Positions 37,265 to 46,345 of a DNA stretch of 64,000 nt are shown piece by piece. Below the pieces are notes generated by a model, which was not told the origin of the DNA, did not search any database, and saw nothing but the letters and a program-made list of their open reading frames with translations. The DNA comes from a virus: positions 1-64,000 of the IMG/VR virus record IMGVR_UViG_3300046660_000513, one strand, 5' to 3'. How positions within the stretch are numbered: the stretch's first letter is position 1; each line of letters starts with the position of its first letter. A program made the position numbers and the translations under genes.

Positions 37265-37297
37265 GACTCTCCCCAACTGACCACGGAGGTCACATCC

Positions 37298-37894
37298 ATG
37301 AGCACTCCCATGATCACCCTCACCAAGGACAGCGGCCCCGCCGACCTCGACGGCGTCACCCACATGGCCATCGGCGTCTCCTGGGACACCACCGCCGGAA
37401 GCAGCGGCGGCCCCCTGGGCGCTCTTCGTCGCAAGGTCGGCACTGACCTCGACCTGATTGCCGTCGCCATGCAGGGCCCGGACCCGGTGCGTCTCGCAGG
37501 CCTCGACTCCCTGGACCCTCTGGGCAACAGCTCCCTGGTGCACAGCGGCGACAACCAGACGGGCAAGGGCGAGGGCGACGACGAGATCGTCACGGTCGAT
37601 TTCGCCAAGGTCCCCGCGAACGTCACCGCGATCGTGTTCATCGCCGCTGCCTACAAGAAGGGCAGTTCCTTCCAGAAGGCCCGCAACATCAGCTTCAAGG
37701 TGTACGACGCCACAGGGGGCAGCAGCACGCAGGTCGCCGACATCTGGCCGTCCCTTCTCAGTTCGGACAACGGGTGCGCGGTCGCCAAGGCCTTCCGCGT
37801 CGGCTCCGGCTGGAAGCTCCAGGTGGTCAACGAGACCGGGAAGATCAAGCAGGGTGACGAGTTCGCTCTGATGCGGTTCGCCATCAGCAAGTGA
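37298..37894 (+). CDS. terD: TerD-family protein
   Basis: IGVSWD...DLDL.A...HSGDNQTGKGEGDDEIVTVD...W. Confidence 0.9.
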   Translation: MSTPMITLTKDSGPADLDGVTHMAIGVSWDTTAGSSGGPLGALRRKVGTDLDLIAVAMQGPDPVRLAGLDSLDPLGNSSLVHSGDNQTGKGEGDDEIVTVDFAKVPANVTAIVFIAAAYKKGSSFQKARNISFKVYDATGGSSTQVADIWPSLLSSDNGCAVAKAFRVGSGWKLQVVNETGKIKQGDEFALMRFAISK

Positions 37895-38144
37895 CCGTTT
37901 ACGACTACGAGCCGGGCGCGGGCCCGGTTGTACCGGTTTGCCCTGACGAGAACTGCACGAACACGGAAGACCTCTGGGTTCAGGAGTGCGCCCCCGGCCG
38001 TACGTGGGCGTTCTCCAGCAGTGTCTGCGGTCACTGGGGCTTCATCCACAAAAAGTCCGACGACGCGTGATTCCATAACCCCCGGGGCTTCCGAGCCTCG
38101 GGGGTTCGTGCTAGGGTAGATACATCGACTAACAAGGAGACATC

Positions 38145-38453
38145 ATGGCTCGCTGGGACATCCTCGCAACCCCCGCCAATCTCCCCCTCACCCGTGACCG
38201 CCTCGTAAATGCCGTCCAGCACACGGACGGTGTGGACGTCGGTGAGATCGTCTGGGAGTACGACGGAATGCCCGGCTTCGGCTTCACCGTCGTCGGCAAC
38301 GAGACCGCCGCGTTCGGCCGGTTCCTCCTGGCGGTCACCCGGATGTTCGAGGACGACCCGCTGACTCAGATCTTCGTGGACCGCGTGGTCGTGGGGCGCT
38401 CTGGGGGCTACAAGAAGGTTGTGTTCTTCCCGGTTCAGCTCCTCAACGACTGA
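38145..38453 (+). CDS. Hypothetical protein
   Basis: Motif 38109 + AAGGAG RBS. Confidence 0.7.
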   Translation: MARWDILATPANLPLTRDRLVNAVQHTDGVDVGEIVWEYDGMPGFGFTVVGNETAAFGRFLLAVTRMFEDDPLTQIFVDRVVVGRSGGYKKVVFFPVQLLND

Positions 38454-38535
38454 CCCCATCCCTACCGGCGCCGCCTCTCGAACCAGAGGGGCGGCGCCTA
38501 GTACGTTCTACCCTGCAAGAGATAGGCTTGATCCT

Positions 38536-39468
38536 GTGTCCGAAAAACTTGAGGCAGCGCTCGAATGGCTGGCAGACGGCTACGTCCTGACCAAGCTGCA
38601 CGGCGTGACGCGTCGTGGAAACTGCTCCTGTGGCGGGGGCTGCGGCAAGCGTGTAGGCAAGCATCCTGTTTTTAAGGACCCGCACGGGGAGCACGCGATC
38701 CGCACCCCCGAGCAAGCTGAGGATGCCTTCGGAAGCGGGCTCTATAACCCTGGCCTCGTGACAGGCAGTCCCACCGGCGTCGTCGTGTTGGACGTGGACA
38801 CCGACGACGGCAAGGTGGGCCGGGAGTCCCTGGAGAGGCTGGCGGCGGCGCACGGCTGGGACGATCTGGAGGCCACCCGGCAGCACCGGACTGGCGGGGG
38901 CGGGACGCAATACCTCTTCACGTATAAGGGCCCTGCGTTGAAGACAACGCTGTCGGTTCTCGGGCCGGATCTGGACTTCAAGGCGGGGGACGGCGGGGCG
39001 TTCATCGTGCTTCCTCCGTCGCGCAGTGCTAAGGGCTTGTACGAGGTGCTGTCGGACGACCCTATCCAGAAGGCCCCCAGCTGGCTCCTGAAGCTCTGTG
39101 AGAGACAGAGTGATCCGACGGGCCGTGAAGGTACCGTGCAGGCCTCCAGCGTGGCGTACACGGCTCCTCCAGACGCTGCGACGGCCCAACGCTGGGACTA
39201 CTACGCGGAGCGGGTCATCTGGGAGGCCCGGGACAAGCTCCGGGATCTCCAGACCGCCCGGAGCGGGTGGACGATGGGGATCTTTTCCGCCTGCTGCACG
39301 ATCTTCGAAATAGCTAACTCCCCCTGGAACACGGTCAGCGTCCGGGAAGCGGAGCGGCTGATCAGGCAGGTACTGCCGACCGTGACGGACGGATCTGACT
39401 TCAATCCGTGGGACGTGGTTGAGCAGGCAAAGCGCAGAACAGCGGGCAGGGGACGGCCCGCCCCCTGA
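38536..39468 (+). CDS. Bifunctional DNA primase/polymerase (Prim-Pol) domain protein
   Basis: CSCG..C...GKHP...NPGLVTG...VVLDVD...RTGGGG.QYLF...DFKA..GAFIVLPPS. Confidence 0.9.
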   Translation: MSEKLEAALEWLADGYVLTKLHGVTRRGNCSCGGGCGKRVGKHPVFKDPHGEHAIRTPEQAEDAFGSGLYNPGLVTGSPTGVVVLDVDTDDGKVGRESLERLAAAHGWDDLEATRQHRTGGGGTQYLFTYKGPALKTTLSVLGPDLDFKAGDGGAFIVLPPSRSAKGLYEVLSDDPIQKAPSWLLKLCERQSDPTGREGTVQASSVAYTAPPDAATAQRWDYYAERVIWEARDKLRDLQTARSGWTMGIFSACCTIFEIANSPWNTVSVREAERLIRQVLPTVTDGSDFNPWDVVEQAKRRTAGRGRPAP

Positions 39469-39492
39469 CCCTGGATGGCTTGGGAGGGTGTA

Positions 39493-39861
39493 ATGGATTT
39501 TACGGCGGATCAAATTGCGCACGTAGTACACGAGGCGAACCGGGTGTTACAGCGGATCACGGGGGATGCGGTGCTGTCGCGGTCCTGGTGGGAGGCCCCG
39601 CAGGTTCAGCGGGAGGGTCTTGTACACGGGGTGCAGAAGGCCCTTGAAGGGGCGACTCCTGAGGAGCTGCATGAGGAGTGGGTGCGGTATCGGGCGGCTC
39701 GGGGGTGGAAGTACGGTCGTTTGAAGGATGAGCATGCCCGGACTCATCCGTGCATGGTTCCTTTTGATCAGCTTCCTCCGGAACAGCAGATGAAAGACCG
39801 GTTGTTCCACGCGATTGTGCATACGTTGGCTGGTCATCTGGTTTCGGTTGAAAAAGCCTAG
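39493..39861 (+). CDS. RyR (ryanodine receptor repeat) domain protein
   Basis: HEANR...PEELHEEW...GWKYG..KD...RTHPCMVPFDQLP.EQQ.KD.LF. Confidence 0.88.
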   Translation: MDFTADQIAHVVHEANRVLQRITGDAVLSRSWWEAPQVQREGLVHGVQKALEGATPEELHEEWVRYRAARGWKYGRLKDEHARTHPCMVPFDQLPPEQQMKDRLFHAIVHTLAGHLVSVEKA

Positions 39862-39933
39862 TTGCTACCCCCTAGTACACTGTGCTAGGGTAGATATATC
39901 GCAAGGAGGAATACCTACCCCAAGGAGATCCCC

Positions 39934-40443
39934 GTGTCCTCACCTCTGCTGCTTCTCGATGTCGATGGTGTTTTGTCCCCCACCTTCGCGACGCACAAGC
40001 CCCAGGGCTACAACGCGTTCCAGGTCATGCGTGCGGAGCTGGGGGTTTTCCGGCCGCAGCTCCGACGGATATGGCTGAACAAGAACCACGGGACGTGGCT
40101 CAAGGCGCTCGACGTCGACATGGTCTGGGCCACAGCGTGGGAGGCTGCCGCGAACTGGGAGATCGGACCCCGTATCGGCCTGGGCCCCATGGATCACATC
40201 ACCTTCAGCAACAGGACATTTCAGCGCAATCTGGATGGGTCGCACTGGAAGCTGGATGACTTGATGCTGAACGCGGACGGGCGCCCTTTCGTATGGGTAG
40301 ACGATGGCATCTCAGGCGCCGACACGGTGCGCGTGGCCCTGGAGTACCCGGCGCCTGCGCTTCTGTACCGTGTCGACCCGCGATGGGGGCTCACCTTGGA
40401 CGATATGACGAGTATCTGGCAGTGGATCGATGTCGTGTCGTGA
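39934..40443 (+). CDS. HAD-domain protein (Swiss-army-knife RNA-repair-like HAD)
   Basis: LLLDVDGVL...VWATAW...RPFVWVDD...VDPRWGLT. Confidence 0.85.
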   Translation: MSSPLLLLDVDGVLSPTFATHKPQGYNAFQVMRAELGVFRPQLRRIWLNKNHGTWLKALDVDMVWATAWEAAANWEIGPRIGLGPMDHITFSNRTFQRNLDGSHWKLDDLMLNADGRPFVWVDDGISGADTVRVALEYPAPALLYRVDPRWGLTLDDMTSIWQWIDVVS

Positions 40444-40558
40444 CGGGGGATGCACAGTCCGTAGCAGGGAAGCCTGTCAGCTCCAGCTGACGGGCTTTTT
40501 TGCGCGTAAGATCTGTTTTTAACTAGGGTAGATAAACTTATTTAGCGAGGGGCGCAAC

Positions 40559-40792
40559 ATGGATCTGTCAAGGCTTGAGGCGGTTGACCCGGTGAACGCG
40601 GTGGATCCGAATGAGTTGCTGCGCAGGCTGAGGGAGGCCTGTCAGCAGACAATGACGGACCTGGACGACCCGGTGACTGCGGAGGATGTACCAGCCAACG
40701 AGGCGGGTATGGCGACACTTTTCTTGCAGCTTGACGACTGGGTTGCCCGGGGAGGTTTTCTCCCGCAGGCGTGGCAGGACTCAGCCGAATAA
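40559..40792 (+). CDS. Hypothetical phage protein
   Basis: Motif 40521; LDDWVARGGFLPQAW. Confidence 0.7.
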   Translation: MDLSRLEAVDPVNAVDPNELLRRLREACQQTMTDLDDPVTAEDVPANEAGMATLFLQLDDWVARGGFLPQAWQDSAE

Positions 40793-40958
40793 ATGTGCTA
40801 GGGTAGATCTATCCGCGTGAGGCAGGTTGGCGGTCGAATCGAAGCACCCTATCGCACAAACGAGGGATAGCTCACAAGTTCGACCCAAATCACCCATAAA
40901 CAGGCCTGACCCCGGTGTAATACCGGGGTCAAGTTGTGTTCCGAACAAGGAGCTACCC

Positions 40959-41435
40959 ATGCGCAAAATCGCTGGCACCGCTGTGTCCCTCTCCCTGGCG
41001 GGAGGGCTGGTCCTCTCCGCCGCAGCAGACTCTCAGGCAGCCCCCTCGCTACGGTCCAGAGCTGAGGCCATAGCCGAAAAACAGATCGGCGACCCCTATC
41101 GATGGGGCGCCACAGGCCCTAACGCCTTCGACTGCTCCGGCCTGGTGAAGTACTCGTTCAGCAAGGCCGGAAAAACGATTCCCCGCACTGCCCAGCAGCA
41201 GTACAACGCCTCGCATCACGAGTCCTGGCGGTCCCGCACGAAGGGAGACATCGTGGCCATCGGCACCTCGGCCCGCCGCATCACGCACATCGGGATCTAC
41301 GTGGGGTACTGGAAGGGCAAGAGCTGGATGGTGAACGCCAGCTCCGGCCGGACGACCAAGCACGAGGTCATGATCGCCCCGATCAATTGGTACCTCGGCG
41401 GCGGTCGTCACACGTACTACGGGCGGATCAGCTGA
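40959..41435 (+). CDS. Secreted NlpC/P60 cell-wall endopeptidase
   Basis: Signal peptide; GDPYRWGATGPNAFDCSGL...PRTA..Q...HIGIY. Confidence 0.92.
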   Translation: MRKIAGTAVSLSLAGGLVLSAAADSQAAPSLRSRAEAIAEKQIGDPYRWGATGPNAFDCSGLVKYSFSKAGKTIPRTAQQQYNASHHESWRSRTKGDIVAIGTSARRITHIGIYVGYWKGKSWMVNASSGRTTKHEVMIAPINWYLGGGRHTYYGRIS

Positions 41436-41584
41436 GCAGGGTTTGATGCAGTAGACTCGCAGCGTTCCTACACCGCGCAGGACGCTACAAACCTGACGTG
41501 ACCAGCGGAAAGACGGGCGGAACATCTCAGGATGTTCCGCCCGTTGCTGTTCTCCCCTACTAGGCCATGAGATAGGGTAGATAT

Positions 41585-42133
41585 ATGACTGACTCGTCCC
41601 CACTGTCTCCGCAGGAAACCAAGGTAGTCCGGCTCCTGGCTGAAGGACTGACGCCGACTGCGATAGCCGCTTATCTGGGTCTTCGGTCCAGCGGAACCGC
41701 GTCTCACTACATGGGCCGCATCCGCACGAAGCTGGGGGTACAGACGAACGAACAGGCCGTAGCGTATCTGGCCTGGTACCACCCGAAAGTCCTCGCAGGC
41801 TGCATGATCAAGCACGGCACGCTGCAAGCCCTGGACTGGCACGATGAGCACGAGATCCCGTTGTGCCGGATGTGCCAGGCACTCACGGACATCCGGGCGG
41901 CCCGCGTGAAGATGCCCGGGAAGCGGCCTGGTCCGAAGCGAGGCACGACGTACCAGCGTCTGAAGCCGGTGGATTCGCTCGTGCCGTCCGGGGCTCCGAT
42001 GGAGCACGGGACCATCGAGATGGCCCGCAGGCATATCCGCAGTAAAGACCGGATCAACGATCTGACGTGCGGGTGCCGGGAGGCGTATCAGGAGTGGTGG
42101 CGGGAGTATCAGCGGGCCCGCAACGCGAGTTGA
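41585..42133 (+). CDS. LuxR-like HTH protein with two HGT-Cys zinc-like repeats (leaderless)
   Basis: LSPQETKVVRLLAEGLT...IAAYLGL...IRTKLGV; ATG 6 nt after TAGGGT. Confidence 0.8.
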   Translation: MTDSSPLSPQETKVVRLLAEGLTPTAIAAYLGLRSSGTASHYMGRIRTKLGVQTNEQAVAYLAWYHPKVLAGCMIKHGTLQALDWHDEHEIPLCRMCQALTDIRAARVKMPGKRPGPKRGTTYQRLKPVDSLVPSGAPMEHGTIEMARRHIRSKDRINDLTCGCREAYQEWWREYQRARNAS

Positions 42134-42243
42134 CGGACGACCCCCGGACAGGCAGGCAGTGGCCCTTGTCCGGGGGTTTTGCGTTTCCTTCACGTCGTAT
42201 GCTAGGGTAGATATATCAGTCGGGCACCAGAACCGAGGAGACC

Positions 42244-42543
42244 GTGATGACTGTCAAGCTGCTGGCGATCGACCCCTACGACTGCGGGTGCAACGAGTGC
42301 ATGACCGGCGAGTACAAGCCTCTGATGAGTGCGACGGATGACGACATCGCGGATCTGCTGGCGGGGCGTCTGCGGGACAACACCTATGGCGGGTCGCTGG
42401 ACGTCTCGGTGAACTACCGGACCAGCAAGGGCAGCCACTCCCGGATGACGCTGGAAATCGACAGCGTCACGGTGACGTACACGGACTACGACGGCTCCGA
42501 GAGGACGTGGAGCCCCGACCCGTACCGCGCGGGTCTGGCGTAG
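42244..42543 (+). CDS. Hypothetical protein
   Basis: Motif 42200 + RBS; CGCNEC. Confidence 0.7.
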   Translation: MMTVKLLAIDPYDCGCNECMTGEYKPLMSATDDDIADLLAGRLRDNTYGGSLDVSVNYRTSKGSHSRMTLEIDSVTVTYTDYDGSERTWSPDPYRAGLA

Positions 42544-42630
42544 TAGTTCGGTAAGGGGGCGGGTTGTGTACTCGCTTCCCTTGCTGTTAGGGTAGATATA
42601 ACGCAGGACACCGAAACCGAGGAGACCGCG

Positions 42631-42870
42631 ATGGACGCCACCGAGATGTTCGCCTTCCAGTACCGCGAGGAAAACGGCTACCTGCCGGACGAGGTCTACA
42701 TTCCCACCGACGAAGACGACTTCTCGGACCCCGACCAGCGCGAGATCATCACCATGGTCATGGAGCAGTACCGCCTGACCAACGAGGCCCGCCGTGCCGA
42801 TCGCGACCGGCAGCGCATCGCGTCCCTTGAGCAGCTCCTCACCGACCACGGAATCGAGATTCCCGAATGA
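42631..42870 (+). CDS. Acidic hypothetical protein
   Basis: Motif 42585 + RBS. Confidence 0.7.
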   Translation: MDATEMFAFQYREENGYLPDEVYIPTDEDDFSDPDQREIITMVMEQYRLTNEARRADRDRQRIASLEQLLTDHGIEIPE

Positions 42871-43115
42871 GCACCCTGGAGTTCCGAGACACCCAGCGCG
42901 CGGACGAAATCAGCCTCCGCGACTACATCCAAATCCGGGACGATCACGGCGAGTGGATCCAAGGCAAGGTCACCGAACTCGCCCTGCATGGCGAGACGTA
43001 CGAAACCATTCTCATCACGCTCCTGGTGACAGATCCTCCGCGTCTCGTCCGGATCCGCCGTTTGCCCGGCGACTCCATCAGCTACTCCCTCTACGGCCCC
43101 GAGGACACCCTGTGA
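42867..43115 (+). CDS. Hypothetical protein
   Basis: ATGA overlap. Confidence 0.65.
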   Translation: MSTLEFRDTQRADEISLRDYIQIRDDHGEWIQGKVTELALHGETYETILITLLVTDPPRLVRIRRLPGDSISYSLYGPEDTL

Positions 43116-43645
43116 CTGATCAGCCGTCCCGTTTCCACGCCTCCCCCGCCCAGATCGACGCGTTCCTCCGTCAGAATTTTGCCGAGGACGTTCTCCTGAA
43201 CTTCTACCGCGCCGCCGGGGATGAGGTGCTGGACGAAGTACGGACCAGCGCCCAGACGTTCAAGAGTCTCAAGGCGCAAGGGCAGGCCAAGCACGCGTAC
43301 CTGGCGGCGATCGACGACACCATGGACTACGTCTGGGATGACCGGTACTTCCCGGCCAAGCTACCGAACCTGGCCACCTACGACCGGCCGTTCAACCTGC
43401 CCCGGACCGTGCAGGACTGGGGTCGCGAGTTCCTTCCTTGCACAAAGTGCGGTGGTCCTCCTGAGGACCACATCGGATGGGACCGGCGTCACCTGTACAC
43501 CACGGCCTCCCCGGACCCCGCCCCGACGGCAGACGTACCCTCTCCCTGCTACCGCAAGAAGGTGCACGAGCCTCACAAGTGGCTGAAGGGCCGTCGCGCG
43601 GTCCAGTGCCCCGGACATCCGATTGAGGAGAACCCTGATGTCTGA
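43112..43645 (+). CDS. Hypothetical protein
   Basis: GTGA overlap. Confidence 0.65.
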   Translation: MTDQPSRFHASPAQIDAFLRQNFAEDVLLNFYRAAGDEVLDEVRTSAQTFKSLKAQGQAKHAYLAAIDDTMDYVWDDRYFPAKLPNLATYDRPFNLPRTVQDWGREFLPCTKCGGPPEDHIGWDRRHLYTTASPDPAPTADVPSPCYRKKVHEPHKWLKGRRAVQCPGHPIEENPDV

Positions 43646-43997
43646 GCCCACCGCCGCACAGCAGCTAATCGAGTACATCGACAGCGCTCACCTGGACCCC
43701 GAGTACGTGGAAACCCTGATCGACAAGATCGCCTCAAAGGCCATTGAGGGGGCCCGGGACCGCATGGTGAAGTCCGTGTGGAAGCAGATGTGGCCGAACG
43801 CGCAGAAGGACCGCCAGGGCCTCAGCCAGGCCTATGTTGGTGGCTGGGACGACGCGACAGCGACCGCCGTGGACAACATCAAGAACGCCTGGCTTCACAC
43901 CTGCGGCGAGTGCGAGCAGCCCATCGGCTACACCGGATCCCGGTGGGCGCACGAAACCCACCCTGACGACAACCACGACGCCCGCCCCGTCCGATAG
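43638..43997 (+). CDS. Hypothetical protein
   Basis: GAGGAG RBS. Confidence 0.7.
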   Translation: MSEPTAAQQLIEYIDSAHLDPEYVETLIDKIASKAIEGARDRMVKSVWKQMWPNAQKDRQGLSQAYVGGWDDATATAVDNIKNAWLHTCGECEQPIGYTGSRWAHETHPDDNHDARPVR

Positions 43998-44104
43998 GAA
44001 TGCGGCTGTGTGCGGAAAGCAGTAAGCAAGCTAGACTGGTACCACCCACCCGTCCTCTTTCCGAGGGCGGGTTTTTTCTTGCCCAGAGGAGAACCACTGT
44101 GACT

Positions 44105-44314
44105 ATGGAAGAAGCAATGCGCAGGGTCACCGGTGTCATCCTCCACCCTGTCTTCGAAAAAGCCCGCCCCGATATCGTCGTAGCGCCCGGCCCTAACCGC
44201 ACGGTCTCCGTGAACGGCCCGAGAGACCACCTGGACGGCATTTCACGGGCCCTAACCCGCACCGGCTTAGAGATAGTCCGTCCCGCCCCTGCGACACTCG
44301 TAGTCGTATTCTGA
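44105..44314 (+). CDS. Hypothetical protein (contains TTA)
   Basis: GAGGAG RBS. Confidence 0.6.
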   Translation: MEEAMRRVTGVILHPVFEKARPDIVVAPGPNRTVSVNGPRDHLDGISRALTRTGLEIVRPAPATLVVVF

Positions 44315-44393
44315 AGGCTTCGGAAAGATGCCTTCCACTGTCCCGCCTCCCGCCCACGAACAGAAAATTCTGCTACGCGCCCGGGAGGTCGCT

Positions 44394-44894
44394 TTGATCG
44401 TCAATACACCGCAGCCGGGGGATATCGGCTTAACGTCCATTACCGGATTCGTCGGCGGACTCATACGGGTGGGTCAGTTATGTAACGGCGACGGATGGTC
44501 CCATTACGAGCACGCATTCATCGTCCTGGAAGACGGAATGCTGATCGAAGCCATGCCCGGCGGAGCGCAGATCGTTTCCCTGAACGAATACGACGACCGC
44601 GACGTCCTTTACGTGCGCCCCGCCGGTCTCACCGACGCCGACCGGAAGCGGGTATGCGAGGTGGCCCGGAAGTTCGAAGGCGTCGAATACTCATTCGTCG
44701 ACTATGCGGCTATCGCGGCTCATCGGTTGCATCTCCCGATTCCCGGACTGCGGGATTTCGTGGCCGATACGGGTCATATGATTTGCTCGCAGTTGGTCGA
44801 CCGCGCTTACGCCCAGGCTGGAATCAAGCTGTTCTCAGACTCGCGTTGGGACGGCTGGGTGACCCCCGGCGCGCTGTACAAGCGCCTCGCCTGA
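44394..44894 (+). CDS. Permuted papain-like NlpC/P60 (YiiX/YebB-type) amidase
   Basis: PQPGDIGL...HYEHAFI...IEAMPGG...ICSQLVDRAY...VTPG; GGGAGG RBS before TTG 44394. Confidence 0.8.
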   Translation: MIVNTPQPGDIGLTSITGFVGGLIRVGQLCNGDGWSHYEHAFIVLEDGMLIEAMPGGAQIVSLNEYDDRDVLYVRPAGLTDADRKRVCEVARKFEGVEYSFVDYAAIAAHRLHLPIPGLRDFVADTGHMICSQLVDRAYAQAGIKLFSDSRWDGWVTPGALYKRLA

Positions 44895-44952
44895 CGGCAG
44901 TACGCTGACACGACGAAGCCCGCTCCTCGTTCCAGGGGGAGCGGGCTTCGTC

Positions 44953-44984
44953 GGTTCGGAACGGGTTCGGAACTGGTTCGGAAC
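44953..44984. repeat. Three tandem GGTTCGGAAC copies (11-bp period)
   Basis: 44953, 44964, 44975; palindromic core GTTC-G-GAAC. Confidence 0.85.
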
Positions 44985-45017
44985 TGGGGCACCGTTCAGG
45001 TTCGGGCGTCCCGCTGT

Positions 45018-46235
45018 TCAGGTTCCCGTTCCGGTGCTCGGTTCCAGTTCCAGATCGAAGAGGTCTGACGCGTTCGGAACGCGGGCCTTGTTCCGGTTCC
45101 ACTCGGCCTTGGCCTCCTTGAGCCGGTGGTGCGCGGTGGTCCGGGGGATCTCCGGGTGGTGGGTCTTGATCACCTTGAGGTCCACGCCGTCGATTCCGAA
45201 CTGTTCCAGAAGTTCCATCACCTGCCTGACCTGCGCTTTCTTCTTGGTCGCCCGATCCGTGATGTTCGCGGTTCCAGTTCGCGGTTCCGGTTCAGGTTGT
45301 TCCGGTTCAGGTTCCGGTTCCAGTTCAGACGGCAGTTCAGGTTCCGGTTCAGGTTCGACCCGTTCCGGTTCAGGTTCGAAGTTCCAGTTCCGATTCAACA
45401 GTTCCAGTTCCCGTTCCAGTTCCATCGGGATCCCTACGGGTTCCTCCAGGTACGGTTCCGGTTCAAGTTCAAGTTCCGGTTCGGGATCCGGCACTATGTC
45501 CGCCCCCGCCACCTGTTCCAGTTCCAACGCTTCCTGAACGGGGCCAGGCGCCGCCATCAGTTCCGGAACACCTGCCGGTGCCGTCTCTCCCATCCGCAGC
45601 CGCACCCGCTGGACCATCGTTGTCTTCCGGCGCCATCCTCGCCCGTGCTTGTCCTTCAGTTCCGCCCTGGCCATGAGCCGCTGGCTTTCCAGCCGCAGCC
45701 CTGTCCGGTAGGAGGTGACCTCCCACAGGACCATCCGCCTCCACAGGCGGGCCGTGGAGAACGGGTCCAGGATCCACCGGGACTTTCTCACTCGTTCCAT
45801 GCGGCGCCCGGTAACGGCTCCGATGAGTGCCCGGTATACGTGTGCGGCAATTTCTGAACAGACCACCCACAGCAGTGGGAGGGATCCGTGTCCAATCTGC
45901 GGTGCGAGACCGTCCCGGGCGGCGGAAATGTTCAGGTATACGGTCACCGCTGTGAGGGCCCACGGAACAGCCCGGACCCATCCGAGCGGCATATCGGCTC
46001 GAATCAGCAGGAGGTGGGCGAGGGAGAATACGGGGATGGCTATGTCAACGGCTACGGGGAGAATCCAGAAGGGATGAAATCCCCATTCCTGTGCTTGTTG
46101 TCCGACCGTATCGAAGGATGCGAGGAGGCCGAGTGTGCCGACGCCGAAAGCGCCAATGATCACCGTTACCAGTAGCTTGCGTTCGAAGGGCAACAAGTCG
46201 GGGATCTTGTTGTCGGGGGGCGGATCTGACGTCAT
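45018..46235 (-). CDS. DUF2637 (Spd-like plasmid spread) membrane protein with EP-repeat linker and C-terminal HTH
   Basis: Four TM segments, PVAVD motif, ERVRKSRWILDPFST.RLWRRM.LWE..SY motif. Confidence 0.8.
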   Translation of the reverse strand: MTSDPPPDNKIPDLLPFERKLLVTVIIGAFGVGTLGLLASFDTVGQQAQEWGFHPFWILPVAVDIAIPVFSLAHLLLIRADMPLGWVRAVPWALTAVTVYLNISAARDGLAPQIGHGSLPLLWVVCSEIAAHVYRALIGAVTGRRMERVRKSRWILDPFSTARLWRRMVLWEVTSYRTGLRLESQRLMARAELKDKHGRGWRRKTTMVQRVRLRMGETAPAGVPELMAAPGPVQEALELEQVAGADIVPDPEPELELEPEPYLEEPVGIPMELERELELLNRNWNFEPEPERVEPEPEPELPSELEPEPEPEQPEPEPRTGTANITDRATKKKAQVRQVMELLEQFGIDGVDLKVIKTHHPEIPRTTAHHRLKEAKAEWNRNKARVPNASDLFDLELEPSTGTGT

Positions 46236-46345
46236 TTCGCATATCCTTTCGGGTAGATCAAGTGGTGGTAGTCTAGCACTTTTATGCAGGTCAGAGACGG
46301 CTATAGCCGCCCACTGCTGGACGGCTATAGACCCTGATTCACCAG

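Noticed and set aside
40810-40958. c-di-AMP (ydaO) riboswitch before NlpC/P60
   Set aside because: The conserved GAATC/GGGGAACC/GCTAAC elements of ydaO are not present
34676-46295. TCTGACCTGCAT at 34676 and its reverse complement at 46284 as inversion sites
   Set aside because: Only a 12-bp match with no supporting structure; insufficient evidence
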